Positions 1-14,208 are shown, counted from the first letter of the stretch. The stretch is 64,000 bases of DNA from Adineta vaga (GCA_021613535.1 CP075492.1:17112001-17176000), one strand, 5' to 3'. Notes: generated by a model from the letters alone, not told the origin. Program-made: numbers and translations.

Positions 1-785
1 AAAAATCAGTCATTATGTCAACTGTTTACAAAATAACTCTTGAAAATGCAAATTGGTTGTCATAAACTTTGCTACATAGATTTAGATGGATGTGAATGAG
101 AATTAAATAAAACTCACCCTCACCCACACCCATCTCGCTCCATATGATGTCATTATTCAGCATTGATATGACATTATTTAATCCCGTATTCACATTAATC
201 TCAGTAGCATGGATACTCGACCCATTTTCCTTTTCAAATTTTACAGCGTTGAAAAATTTTTTTCACTTGATTAATTTAAATCTTCATATATTTTATAGTG
301 TTGTCGTTTAAATCGTATGCATATGCATCAACTAAGTCAGAGCAGCGAAGCCGAATAGAAAATATTTGAACTTTTCATGAAAAAGACCGGAAATCATCAT
401 AGAGGTTAAGAATTGAAGTGAAATACTGAATAACTTTGTGATTTCTTATTTATTCAAGGCAATAAATAAGAGAAAATATCAAAACGGAAAATTCCTACCA
501 ACAAAAAAGTTTTAAAAAAAGTCTCACTTAAAATTATATCTATTCAAATGATGATATGAAAGAGATAAACATTCATTGATTAGCAGAATTCAATATGTCA
601 TAGTGAATTCATAATTAATTTTGATATTTTGTAAATAATTATTAGTTATATAGAAAATAATGTTTGGTTTCTAATTACTACACTTATAGTGATAAACTCA
701 TTTGTTAGTGTTGAGGGTGTTTTTTTTTCTCTGTAGAATTTACAATATTTATAGATATTATATCATTCGAATATTTTTATTCACT

Positions 786-1651
786 ATGGAACTTGAAATT
801 GCTGGTTTTATCATAACATTAATTTCCTTAATTCATGGTTCATTCGCAACTATTATTTCTTTCATAGTTTTTCTAGTTCTTCTACATCATCAATATTCAA
901 ATCGAATAAAACATGATGAAAGAATCAATTTATTTCTCTTTATAATGATTCATTTGTATTTGTTTATCTATATTCTCACATTAATTTCATTTAATATTCA
1001 AACAGTCTTAGGTGATCTATATGGAATGCATTTTAATTCATCTTGGTGTACATTTCGAGGTTATCTCACTCCTGTCATGTGTTCAGATATTTATCAAGTA
1101 TTTGGTATTCAGGTAATTTGAAATTTACACAAATTCAAATAGAATTAGACATTTTCTTAGGCATTTTTTCGTGTTTGCCGAATTATTTATCCAAAGAAAA
1201 TTATTGCTATGTCACATTTGACAAATCCCGTGGAATGATTTATGTAATATTCACAACATATGGAATTCCACTTTCGATTTTATTTTCACATTACATTCGT
1301 ATAACAATATTTCTTCGTCAATTACCGAATAACCAAACAATGATTGTGAGAAATCAACAAAAACGAGATTTAATTGCAATTCGAAGAATTTTTCTTCATG
1401 TTACTTTACTTCTTACACTTGTTATACCAGGAACGATCTTAAAATTAATAAGATTTATTAGTGGAATTGATTTTTCATTAAACTATCGAATTTTATGGTT
1501 AGGTAGTGAAATATCTATTGCGATATTAACAATAGAAATGATATTAATAACACCACAATTAAAAAATATTTTTCTGAAACCACGGAGAAAAAATCAGGTT
1601 TCGATATTTGTTCGAACAATTCAACACGGACATATTAAAACGATCCAATAA
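786..1651 (+). pseudogene. Rhodopsin-like 7TM GPCR, internally deleted and frameshifted
   Basis: TM1-3 with WCTFRGY; intron 1113-1160 (GT..AG) gives QAFFRVCRIIYPK; the frame then shifts into ENYCYV..TM5-7 (YGIPL, TPQLK), so TM4 is missing. Confidence 0.7.
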
Positions 1652-1663
1652 TTCAAATTGTTT

Positions 1664-3539
1664 TTATGAATCAAAAATAGGATTATCAATAACCATCATG
1701 GAAATACGCGATGGTTCATTAGAATGATAATAAATTGTTTGATTAGCTATTAACGGAGATTGAGTATCAAGTCCAATTGAATATCCTGTATTTGAATTAA
1801 TATTTATCCATGGATAAAAACTACTTGTTATAGATAAACGAATTCGATGATCATAAAGAAACGTATGACCTATTTCATGTAATTCAATATTTATTAAATA
1901 AGTTTCATTAGATATCATTAATATTTCTTTATCATATCCATTTCTATAACGTGTTCGTAGTTGATTAGCATTTCTTGAACCAAGTTTTATTGACTTTCCA
2001 TCAGGCATAACATCCATTAAATGAATAATAAAATCAGTGTCTTTTGCAGTACTTGATATTTTTAATTCTACGTTTATATCTCCAACAACAGTTACAGATT
2101 TCTTCAATGGTTTTGATGTATAAACAAGAATATCATCACGATTGAGAAGAGGAGTCATGTCAACAGGTAAACTAAGTGGTTTCTCGTAGTCACTTATGAT
2201 TAATGGATTATTCGGATCAAATAGATAATGATCACTAAGAGATATTGATGAATATTCCCATTGTAAATATCCATCACCATAAATACTATTAGCATGCCCA
2301 TTACTTCCTAAAAATAATGATTTTTGATGAGCTAAGGGCGGTGGAAATGTCTCTCTTGTCATCCATCGATTACTTCCAGTTATATAAAATCTAACTGGTT
2401 TCCAAACAGGTTTTGGTCCATCTTTTAAACACCAATTAAAAAATTCTTCAGTCATGTTGAGACCAGGTAAAAGGGAATTTCGTTCGAGTGAAATATCTCC
2501 AACAGTTAACATTGGTAAACCAGTTGAAAAATCATATCCACCATCAGGAGCATTTCCATGTGTATATGGGCCAACTATTAAAAAATGTTTATTCAAATCT
2601 GAGAATAAATGATGAATTTGTTTAAAACGCCAAATAGTTCCATATAATGTTCCATCAAACCAACCACTAAATGATAATGATGGAATTTTGATTTTCGAAA
2701 AATCTTCTAATTTAAAATCGATTGAACGCCAATAATCATCATATGTTGGATGATCAAGAAATTCACGATATAGAGAAAGTTCTCGACCCGTTACATACAC
2801 ATCTAATGTACGAATAGTACGATGTTTTAACCAAGTACGAGGATTCCAATGAGTTTCATTTGTTACGAATGGCCATTTTATATTAACACGTTTTCCAATC
2901 CAATCAATAGCCCAATTTAATGCAAATGCACCATTAAGATAAGGAATATCTTCCATTGGTCGTCCAATAGTTGCACTTGGTGTTATACAATATAAATGTG
3001 GTGGTTGTTCACGAGCAATAAACCATTGATTAGTACCTGTATATGATGAACCACGCATACCTATTCGACCATTTGACCAAGTTTGATTTGATATCCATTC
3101 AATTAAATCATAACCATCTTTACCTTCGTTTTGAAAAAAACTCATTTGACCTTCAGAATCACCAGTACCTCGACAATCTCCTATTACAAATATATATCCT
3201 AAATTAAGCCAATATTGACCTTCATAACGATAATTTATTGAAAGAGGACCACGACCATATGGAGTTAGTTCTAATATTACTGGAAAACGTTTATTCAAAG
3301 GTGGTGATATATAATCAATTGTAATTTTTATTCCATCACGCATCATCACTTTTGTTGTTAAGAATTCACATGAAGATTCTATTTAATATTCGAGATTTAT
3401 ATAGAAATATTCAATGAATAAAAGACATACTCGTTGTTGTTAATGTATTGATTATTGTTTCTTTGGAATTTGTTTTTTTCCCATGTACAATTAAACATGT
3501 TACACAAATTGGTAAAATTACAATTATCGAAAACATCAT
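1664..3539 (-). CDS. Secreted CocE/NonD family serine hydrolase (peptidase S15-like)
   Basis: ELTPYGR, DCRGTGDSEG, GSSYTG nucleophile motif, GWFD, GPYTH. Signal-peptide exon 3539-3431 joins in frame through intron 3430-3379. Confidence 0.9.
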
Positions 3540-3883
3540 GTTTTATTGAATAAAAATATTTGGAAATTATATTCAAATGTTCTAATTAAATGATTTCATT
3601 TGAATAGAGATTCCTATTTATTCAATGTTAAGATTAACCTTAAAGACAAGTGAATCTATCTAAAACACACCTTTAAAAGAAAAAATAAAAGGATTTATTG
3701 AAAATCTCTATGCAAATAATCAAAGATGACAAAATATCAGTTTGTTTTTAGGAAAAAAATCAATATAAATAAAAGAAATTAAATATTGATTTGATAAAAT
3801 CATGCATTGGAATTTAAGATTTTCTCAACATGATCTTCTGTAACGTAAAAAAAATATTTTAAATCATTTAATGATTAAATAAG

Positions 3884-3940
3884 AATCTTGAGGGTATAAG
3901 TGATCTTTCAATATAAGCCACACACCCACCTGTCAAGATT
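3884..3940. repeat. TGAGGG/TGTGGG hairpin element
   Basis: aatcttgagggt...cacacccacctgtcaagatt. Confidence 0.75.
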
Positions 3941-4228
3941 CTTCTTTTTCTTTGATCATGTATTAATTGTCATGTCTTTTCTTCTTTCATTTCCTTCTCT
4001 TATATTATGAATAAATTATTTTTCTATGGGATATATGAAAATTAAATTGACGTACTCAACCGATTGTCATATATATTAAGGTTTTCAATAATATTCTATT
4101 GACTATTTCTAAATAAAATTTCGAAGTAATAAATCATAATATATTCTGATGATAAATAATCTAAGTGACGTATTTATAATTTTTATTAAATATCTCCCTA
4201 GATATTCTTTCATTTTTCATCAGTTCAC

Positions 4229-7200
4229 AATGAGATTAAGAATCAGTATTCTTACATTTGGATCATCTATTAAAACTTATGGTTTAAAATTAAATCTTTT
4301 TCACACTGGTATTGAAGATGAATTAATTATAAAAAGCGAACGACGAACTACTCGTCTCTATTTATGTCTTCTTATTTTGTCAATTCTTCTTTTTAATTTT
4401 TATTATACATTTATACCTTATAAAAAAACATATATTCTTAAATCTCCAACATTAACTCATTATTTAAAATTGGAACAAGAATATTCATTAAAATGTCCAT
4501 GTAAAAGGATTGCAATTCGATATGAAGAATATGTTAAAATGAAACCTTTATTTCATCCGTTATGTGAACATTTATATAAACTTTATGAACAAACAATAAA
4601 TAAAACAATTTCAACACATATTCATCGTATTGCTGTTTTTCAATTTCAAACACTTCGTCAACTTTGTCAATTAACACAAAATATTCTTAATGAAAATCTT
4701 CAAATATTTTTACAAACAAATTTGATTCAAATTGAATTAATATCATTTGCAAATCTTGAAAAAAAAATGTTATTTTTAATAGAAAATTTTGTCAATTCAA
4801 CATCGAAAACATCTATGAGAACATTAAATTTCATTGAAAATAGAACTGAACAAAATTTATTAATGACTGGTGCTTCAATAACAAGTATTTTACCAAGAAA
4901 TCAATATCGTCAATTTGTTCAAGAAAATATTCCTTATGATGGAATGACATATACATTTCTCGATCAATCAACTTGTATTTGTTCAAGTTCAACAGTCAAT
5001 ACTTGTATAGGTTTATCAACATTTAATAATATTTCTATTTCTGGTTTTTATACAGGTTGTTATATGTTAAATGCACTTCTTCATTCCACATTAGAAATAC
5101 TTTTTAATCAAACATAATTTCATATTCTTATTCAATCATTACTTCAACAAATGTTTGTTATTCATTGGTCAAAAGAAATCTTTTTTGAAAATTATTTTAA
5201 TCAATGTTTACCTATTTCATGTCAATATACAATTATTCAACAAAATAATTTTTTATTTATTTTAACATTATTAATAAGTCAATTTGGTGGATTATCATTT
5301 GCATTGAAAAATATCACATCATTTTTAGTTATAACACTTTGGCCAATGATTTATAAATGGATAAAACAAAAGAAAACTTCGACTATACAAATTATTCAAA
5401 TAAATAATCGATTTAAACAATTTTTAATATTAATAAAAGAAAAATTAATTGAATTAAATTTCTTTTCAAGTTTTCCACCATCACACGATTTAATAATTCT
5501 TCGACAACAACGTTATACAACTCGATTCTATATTATTTTTCTTATCTTATCAATTCTTATTATAACAAGTTTAACATCAATTCAATCTGAAACAATTTAT
5601 AAAACAATTAAATTTCCAACATCAAATGAATTTCTTAATCTTTATAAAAAATATTCTCGAACATTAAATTGTCCATGTAATCAAACAGTATTTGATCAAA
5701 AATACATTTCTTATATAAAACCTGAATATCATGAAATCTGTTCAAGTTATTTGATTTCTTCAAATTGGATTCAAATGAAATTTGATCATTCTTCAAAAGT
5801 TCCATTATTAACAAATGATTCTCGATATCAATCAGAATTTCATTTTCAACTTCTTTCAACATTATGTCAAATGGCAAATGAAACAATTGAAGATTCAATT
5901 GAATTATTTAATCAAACAAAATTTCTTAGTAATAAATTATATCATCCTGAATTATTTCAAATACAAATGAATTTATTAATTGAACAATTAAAAAAAACAA
6001 TATCTGAATCATTTCAACGTATAATTGAAATAATAAAAATCAATTATGAAATTAATCAATTTATAACACCCAATGAATTCTTATTTTCGTACTACAGCAA
6101 CTATTGAAAAGAATGATTCAATCACGATTTCTTCATTTCAATATAAAAGATTAGATAAAAACGAATGTCTTTCCGATATGATTCTTCCTGATTTCTGTAT
6201 GTGTTTTCTTCAAGCATCATATCAATGTAGTCAAAAAACAATATTAAAAGAAATAAATGATAATTATTATACAATACCTGGAATGTTTCAAACATGGTTT
6301 CCATTTCAATCACTTCTTATATCAACATTAGAATGTTTTTATGATCAAATATGTCTTTCTCATATAATAAATTCATCATCATCAAATAATATAACAATTC
6401 TTAATAGTTTATTATTACCATCTGATAAGCATCGTCATGATCAAATTGAAACAATAGTTAAGAATGTTTTTATTCAATCATGGAAAATTTCAAGTTCATT
6501 TCAATCTTATTTTAATCAATGTAATCCATTAATATGTCAATATTCTTATCAAAATCGTGTTAATTTTATTTATATTATCACAACAATGATTGGAATTATT
6601 GGTGGAATTAATATTGTTTTACGTTTAGTTTTACCATTTATTATTCAATTAATTATGAAATATTTAAATGAACCAAGACAACATAATTCAACGAGAAAAA
6701 TAAGTAAAGAAAATAGTATTTTTACAATATCTCACGAACGGAAAGAGCTAGAGACCTGCGGTTTTCACCAATAGTCTCCGGCCTTGTATTGGACGTACAG
6801 TCGTGTGGAGGAAGACAATTTCAGACAATACATCGAAGAGGAAGCAAAAATATATGGCCACAGGGATAATTCATCACGCTGATTCCAATGATGATATTCG
6901 TTTTTAATTTTAAATGATTTTGGACGCAGGATGTAGTCTATTATCTTTATATGGGAGGGGTAAGAGAGGATAATACTCCATAACCGATACTGTGGAGTCG
7001 TTAAAATTAAAAACGGATATCATCATTGGAATCAGTGTGATGAATTATCCCTGTCGCCGCATATTGTTGGTTCCTCTCCGATGTATTGCTGCCAAGAAAC
7101 GATCTGATTGGACAGACAGTAGTTTTTAAGTTTTACCTTAGAACAGTTATTTACAATCGGAAATATTTAACCTACGATGATTTCATTGATTTTAGGATTG

Positions 7201-9902
7201 TATTTTGTTAATATTAAACAACGATTAATAAGATTAAATCTTTTCATAACAATTCCAATAACAAATGATCGAAAAATTGTTCAACGAAATCGTTGTACTA
7301 CTCGAATATATTTAATATTATTATTAACATCTTTTTCTCTTCTTATTATTTATACATTATTAAAACAAGAAACAATAGCAATAACAATTGAATCTCCATC
7401 ATTTTCAACATATGAATAATTATTTCACCAATATTCTCAAATACTTCAATGTCCTTGTAAAAATCTAACAATAAAATATTCAAAATTTATCATTGAAATT
7501 GAACCTAAATATCATGAAATCTGTTCAAGTATATTTATATCCGATAAATGGATTGAAAGTATAAGTAAATCGAATGTTTATAAGGATGAAATGATTGATT
7601 TTGATTTAATGAGAAATTTTCTTCGAGAACAATTTAAAACATTATCAATACTTTGTAAAATATCTAAAGAAATGTTAAATATTTCTTTAAAAAATTTTCT
7701 ACAATCAGATTATCTAACAGCATATGTTATTTCTAAAATGGAATTTTCAATTCGAATTCAATTATTAATTGAACAATTTAAAATAAAAATATCAAATGAA
7801 TTTATTGAAATATATTGGACAAGATATTGGCATTTTTCAAGATAAACCATTATCTGTTTTAAGTCGACCACGAATATTTTCTGATAAAGATCAATGTTCA
7901 TGTGGAATTCAATGGAATTGTTCAAAATTATCACGTATATTATTTTCAACATCGAAGGGATCATTTTATGAAACTCTACCTGGCTTTCGTATTGGTAGTT
8001 TATATTTTGATTCACTTCTTCAATCCAGTTTAACTTGTCTTTATAATAAAACATGTCTTAGTTTAATACAAACAACATTTTATCAAGTCAAACCAATGAA
8101 AGTAGAAATTCTTTCTTCATCATTAATGACAAATACAACAATTGAAACACTTCTTTATCAATTCTTTGTTTCTAAATGGTTACAAAATATATCATTTGAG
8201 AATTATTATAGAGAATGTGCACCAGAATCATGTCAATATTCTTTTATTATTGAATATAATACAATTTATATGATCACAATATTAATTGCTGCTTTTGGTG
8301 GTTTAAAAGATGGACTTCACTTCTTAATTAAATGTTTTGCATATATGTTTTATAAAATAGTTGATTATAAATCAAACAAAACTCAAATTCAATCACATAG
8401 AAATCCTTTTGAAGAACAAAGATCACCGTAAATCATTTTTCTATTGAATAAATTTTATAATTATTTTGAAATTTGTATTTTTAGAGAAAAAATTCATCGT
8501 GATCGACTTTTATTAATTTATTTGATTTTCTTTGCAATAATTGGAATAATTACAATATCGATTATTTTCATTGCTAATCGAAAGAATAAGAAAGAAGATA
8601 CAGTTCTATCAATAATTCATTCAACGATTAGAACCACTGAACAATCAGATATTGAATTAATATCAATATTACCAAATATTTCTTGTTATATAACATTTAA
8701 ATATCAATCACATATGTATTCAACGGAATTTGATCCAAAATCTTTTGTAATTGGTGATTTTAATCAAGATTCATTTATTGATATTATTGTGACTAATGCG
8801 AAATAAAATACATTGAGTATTATGTTAGGAAATCAATATGGAACATTTGAAATAGAAAAAAGTTTATATACAGGAAATGAATCTTGCCCTCAAGAAATTC
8901 TAACTGAAGATTTGAATAATGATACTTTGTTGGATTTGGGTATATGTTTAGTTTATACATATATAGATATAAATCAATATGATTTTCTGTTCTTTTCCTT
9001 TTTTTAGTTGTAGTTTTATCAGGAACAAAGGAAATTGTTATATTTTTGGTGTGAAAGGAAGTAAAGTTTTATTCGTTACACCACCTAAGATTCTTCCTGA
9101 ATTACCAAACAATGCTTCAGTAACAACGATTGTTCTTGGTGATTTAAATGGTGATCGATGGATTGATCTAATCGTTGGTTACATCGAAGATAATGAATAT
9201 GATCAGAGCAACAAAATGATATTCTTGAACGTTGATGGCTTTCGAGAAGTGATAACTATAGAAGAATCATATAGAATAGATGGTAAACATATATCATTGG
9301 TCGTTGGTCATTTTATGAATCATGTAGAACGGATAAATTTAGCCGTACTCAAAACTGATGGTGATATCAATATTGAAACTTTTGAACCTTCTCCAGTTGA
9401 TGGAGATTATTTAGAATATAATGGACGTATTCAAACAGTTGATTTTGGATATCGATCAAAAATGATTAAAGGAAAATTTAACTATGATGAAATCGATGAT
9501 TTAGCATATGTTTTACCAGAATCAGATATTTTATATGTTTTTCTTTCTTATCCATTTATTGATGATAATAATGAAAAAATGTTTACTCATACATTATATT
9601 TAACAGACAAACATCCGACATCACTTTCCATTATCAATTTTAATAATGATGGATTCGATGATTTAGCAGTCTTACATTGTAATGGACTGATAACTATATT
9701 CATTGGAACAAATGCGGGACTTTTTGATCGACATTATATATCTTTTAAAACAGATATAATCAATACAAATCATATTAACAAAACATGTTTACATTCATTT
9801 TATACTATCGACTTAAATCAAGATAAAAAACATGATCTTGTCTTTATTGATAATGAAATGAATAGCATTCGAATTATTTTTGCTTCGACTTGTGATATTT
9901 AA
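4229..9902 (+). pseudogene. Multi-TM protein with three CPC..C-P-C-Y..GGL modules and C-terminal FG-GAP/VCBS repeats, disrupted
   Basis: Recurring R-TTR-Y/CPC/STLE/GGL motifs; GDFNQD, GDLNGD repeats. In-frame stops at about 5115, 7417 and 8804, frameshifts at about 6090 and 7820, several short introns. Confidence 0.75.
6822..7091. repeat. Long inverted repeat (about 97-bp arms) in an intron, MITE/foldback-like
   Basis: 6822-6920 is the imperfect reverse complement of 6995-7091 (cacagggataattcatcac..ttccaatgatgatat / atatcatcattggaa..gtgatgaattatccctgt). Confidence 0.85.
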
Positions 9903-10257
9903 CAGGAATTTTACAAACAAACAAATAAATAAATAAAAAAACGCTCATCGAGAAGTTTTCGGAAACTTTCTAATCCGATTAGGATATATTTTCTCTAATC
10001 ATACATAAGTACCCTATGAAATTAAGAATTATGATCATATGAGAGTCGTTTTTATTCTATTCAATCAATTTCATCATTTCGTTGTGAAAGATATTGTGCT
10101 CTTAGGAATCCAAAAGGGTATGAATCTCATATGGGTGGGTGTAAGTTGACACGGGTATCATTACACCTCTTGCAATCTTCACTAATACGCCAATTTACAT
10201 TCTTCCTATGATGTTTGTAACGAAATTCTCAATAGTTATTCGCATCTGACAATAGAT

Positions 10258-10318
10258 TAAGGGTGTGAGTGTGCGTGTGTGTATCTCCTCTTCTCTCACA
10301 CCCACACCCACACCCTCA
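10258..10318. repeat. TGAGGG/TGTGGG hairpin element
   Basis: taagggtgtgagtgtg...cacacccacacccacaccctca. Confidence 0.85.
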
Positions 10319-10319
10319 C

Positions 10320-11738
10320 AATCAGCACAAAACAAAGTATCAGAAAAATACTTTAAAATCGTCGATAATTTCTATAAATCGTCCAGAAAACCGGTGATGA
10401 TCAGAATGTGTCAAAGCTGTGTGAAATTTCACCCAGGTACCCTTCTACAACCCCCCATTGGTAATACCGACTCTCTCTCGGCCATATTCTGGACCTGAAG
10501 AAGTGCTATGTAAATTTTGGTGATCATAGCTTTTACAGGGACTGAACGCATAACACACTAGCAAGGTACTTTATGCTGATTCACAACCTCCCAGACCGAA
10601 AACTTCATACGTTGGAAAATGACAGTAGAGGAAGAAATTATTGCGTCTAAAAGTTTTCATGTCACCACAACATATCCCGCAATGTGTATGACACAGGACA
10701 ACTCAGGCTATGTAGTACTCTAAATCCACCCCTTCCCTCACTGAGCCCGCCACAAAACTTGATCGTTCTCTTACTGACACCGTTGCAAAACTCAATCCTT
10801 ATCTTTCAGATCACGATGCAAAAACCACTCCTTTCTTTACTGATACCGTTGCAAAACTCGATCCTTATCTTTCAAGTCACGAAGCAAACTGCAAAACTCA
10901 TTCATTCTCTTACAGATTTCACTCTAACTTTATCTTCACTTCAGTTCGCATCTGAAAAACTGTCAACTCCGAGATAAAGTTGTTTCTCTCTTGCGTATAC
11001 ACTCAAGTCTACAATGTAGTAAGATATTCCAATAAATATTGTGGGAGAATAAGCGTCGTTTTTCTCATTTACTCCTACTTGCGTGTAAGACATGCATACC
11101 TACGTAAAAGTATTGTAATAAATGAATATTCTAAAACTCGATGGTAGTCACTGAAAAAAAATCTCCGGAGAATGATAAACCGTCAAAAAGGGTTTATAAG
11201 GCGAAAATCAGTTTATTAACCTGCTTTCCCCGTTGATAAACCCTTTTTTGAGGGTTTATCGTTCTTCGGAAATTTTTTCGGTGATGAGTTGATTGAAATT
11301 GGGTGGAATGTCACCCACTTCGTGTTTCCTGCCGTTCTTGCACATATTAACTCACCCTCGACTTTCCCATGCATTTGCGACTGTCTGGAAAAGTTTGATG
11401 ATTTTATGTTACAGAGCAGTATCAGGATAAAATTCGACCCAGGTACTCCGCCCCTACCCTTACGAATGATACCAACCATTTCTAAAAGTTCCTCTGGATC
11501 CATGGAAGCGTTGTGAAAAGTTTTGTGAGATTGGCAAATACAAAAATCACCTGAGTGAAATTTATCCAGTTATCTCCCTCCCACTCTCTTCTGAAACGCC
11601 GATCCCATATCGAGCTTCCTTTGAGTTTAAGGAATTACCATGGAATGTTTGATGATTGGAGCTACTACATGAACTGAATGCATAGGGAACAGACGAACAA
11701 ACAAACTTTCTCCTTTATATATATATATAGAATAGATT
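10320..11738. mobile_element. Composite non-autonomous TE remnant(s) with a Helentron/DINE-like end
   Basis: Ends in acagacgaacaaacaaactttctcctttatatatatatatagaatagat; internal short tandem repeats 10750-10900 and hairpin 11147-11285. Confidence 0.5.
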
Positions 11739-11834
11739 TATGATTAATAGAAAAGTTTCTGTTTATGGGTCTGAACCCAAACATTCCCGACTATTAAAAA
11801 AAAACATTCAAAACACGTTCCGTTGAATATATCA

Positions 11835-13544
11835 ATGAAAATGCAATTGGAATTTTTACCCAATGAAATCTTTATTCAATTCTTCAAATATTTCAATATG
11901 ATCGATATTTTTTACTCATTTGATCAATTAAACGATCGTTTCAATATACTTATACGAAGTATTCCATTATCATTAAATTTCCGAAATGTTTATCAACGAT
12001 TCTTATGTGATCAGCTCTGTAACAAAATGTCAATGGATACAAGAATAAAAGAACAAATTCGTTCATTACATTTATCAAATAAGAATACATGTTATCCAAT
12101 TCATTTATTTATTTCAAAATTTTCACTTTCGGACTTCTCTCATCTTCGTTCTCTAACTTTGACTGAATTCACCGAATGTAATTGGAAACAAATTCAACCG
12201 ACATTTCCACTGCTGTCTGAATTAACTGCCTTTCGACAATCAGGCAGTTCGACATCATCTGATATGATATTTGACTTACCACTATCCCAATTTCATACAT
12301 TAATGATACTTCTACGACTACCAGAGTCTATTCCTCTAATACAATTCTCGTCAATTGTCAATTTAACTGTAAATGAATGTAGTTTCTATTTATTATTTCA
12401 GTTAGTAAATAATGCATCGAAACTTCAGTATTTAACAGTGAGATTTCTTATTCCAAGCATAATGTTGGAAAATTCCTCCTTGAAAGAAAATCATACAAAT
12501 CACCTAAAGCGATTATGTCTTGGTAATTTTCCATGTTCAATGTCTTATCTTGTAATGATATTCCAACGAACACCAAAGTTAGAACACTTAATAATAATGA
12601 ATGATGACAATAATGGCATAGCAAATGCTTATGAATGGCAAAAGTTAATAACTTCTTTCTTACCTCATTTAACGCTTTTCAAATTTGAATTTTTCTTGGA
12701 AAACTGCGAAAAAGAGAGTATGGTTGAATTTTTTAACCAATTTCAAAGCGATTTTTGGTGCAATCAACATCATTGGTATACAGAATGTTTCTTATCGGGT
12801 TCCTCAGGTTCAATATATACAATACCATATTCATTTAATACATTTTATCTTCCAAAATACACAAAGAAATGTACTAATGAATCAATCAAACATGGAGATT
12901 CATTCGATAGTTTGAGACATTTAACAATTACCCTTCCAACGTCAGCTGAACGTCTTCAATATTATTTTCCTAATATTGTCTCATTAAAACTCGACTATAA
13001 ATTTGAACATCCTTCAATATTTTACAGAATGACATATGACGACTTAAAGGATCTCTCCAGAATAGTTAATTTATTAAATATCAAACATTTGAATACAGAT
13101 ACCATGATATTTAGATCAGCAAATGTATTTCAAGATTTATTAAAAGCAATGCCACAATTATCGTCACTCGATATGGCATCAGGTGTGTTAATAGAATATC
13201 TGAACAATGATGAACTACGCAAATATTTAAATAAATCTATTAAGAAATTCAAAATACGTTTTGGTATACCTGGTATTTCCGGAAAGTTAGAAGAATTCTG
13301 TCACATTTTTAGTAATCTCGAAGAACTTTGCTGTGATGTAAACGAGTCCAATACTTTATTTTTATTGAAATCTTTACCTAAATTAACATATCTATGTGTT
13401 CATCCAGCATATCTTGATCATCTCACGTACAAAATCGAAGAAGCAATATCAACATTAGGTTTAGATATCACTTGTCACTTTCATGATCATTCTAAACGCT
13501 CTGTTTTATCAATTTGGATCAATCGGAACAAAAACATTAATTAG
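11835..13544 (+). CDS. F-box / LRR-like protein
   Basis: N-terminal LEFLPNEIFIQFFKYF F-box, then Leu-rich repeats and a W..LI..LP.L..F / YTIPY motif; intact long ORF. Confidence 0.85.
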   Translation: MKMQLEFLPNEIFIQFFKYFNMIDIFYSFDQLNDRFNILIRSIPLSLNFRNVYQRFLCDQLCNKMSMDTRIKEQIRSLHLSNKNTCYPIHLFISKFSLSDFSHLRSLTLTEFTECNWKQIQPTFPLLSELTAFRQSGSSTSSDMIFDLPLSQFHTLMILLRLPESIPLIQFSSIVNLTVNECSFYLLFQLVNNASKLQYLTVRFLIPSIMLENSSLKENHTNHLKRLCLGNFPCSMSYLVMIFQRTPKLEHLIIMNDDNNGIANAYEWQKLITSFLPHLTLFKFEFFLENCEKESMVEFFNQFQSDFWCNQHHWYTECFLSGSSGSIYTIPYSFNTFYLPKYTKKCTNESIKHGDSFDSLRHLTITLPTSAERLQYYFPNIVSLKLDYKFEHPSIFYRMTYDDLKDLSRIVNLLNIKHLNTDTMIFRSANVFQDLLKAMPQLSSLDMASGVLIEYLNNDELRKYLNKSIKKFKIRFGIPGISGKLEEFCHIFSNLEELCCDVNESNTLFLLKSLPKLTYLCVHPAYLDHLTYKIEEAISTLGLDITCHFHDHSKRSVLSIWINRNKNIN

Positions 13545-13639
13545 AAGATATATGCAGAATTCTCTTTCTTTTTGACCTATTTGCTATTTGAACTGGTATT
13601 TTCCTAATCTTTTTTGAAGAAAATCGACAGTATTGTTCT

Positions 13640-13696
13640 TGAGGGTGTGGGTGTGGGTGAAGATAAGAGTCAAACCCACCCACACCCACACCCTCA
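13640..13696. repeat. TGAGGG/TGTGGG hairpin element
   Basis: tgagggtgtgggtgtgggt-spacer-acccacccacacccacaccctca. Confidence 0.9.
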
Positions 13697-14208
13697 CCCT
13701 TGCACTTTTTTAATAAAAATACTAGAAAAAAATTGAAAGATCTCGTGAACAAAAAACCCAATATATTTTTTCGTACTTGTTAGAGATTCTCTTGATTTTT
13801 CTATATGACGCTAGAAAAACTGAAGAATGGAATTACTATGGATTGATTGAGGAAGAAATGTTCCATCTTACCATACCAAAAGGAAAAACTTCCATTGTTT
13901 CACTGATATTTACGTTTTCTTTCTATTTAAATATAAACAAAAGAAATTTGAACTTCCCTTTATCAATTTCTGTTTTTTTTATTGAAAAAAATTGGTTGTT
14001 TTCTTCTTCAATGAAACAATTAGTTTAAAAGACAACAAAATCTTATTTATTGGAATCTTTTTTTTCAAAAATATTTTCGGAAGTTTTTATTTCAATTAAA
14101 TTTAAATCAGAAGTTTCATTCTGAATTTATTCAAAAAGTTTTTTTTCTTTTATAGTCTTTGTTTTATTGGATTTCTGTTTTAAAAAATAGTCTTTTTTTC
14201 TTGTCAAC

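Noticed and set aside
13537-13761. ORFs with GVGVG / HPHPHP motifs (also 10265, the start of 36621, 62472)
   Set aside because: Translations of the non-coding hairpin arms
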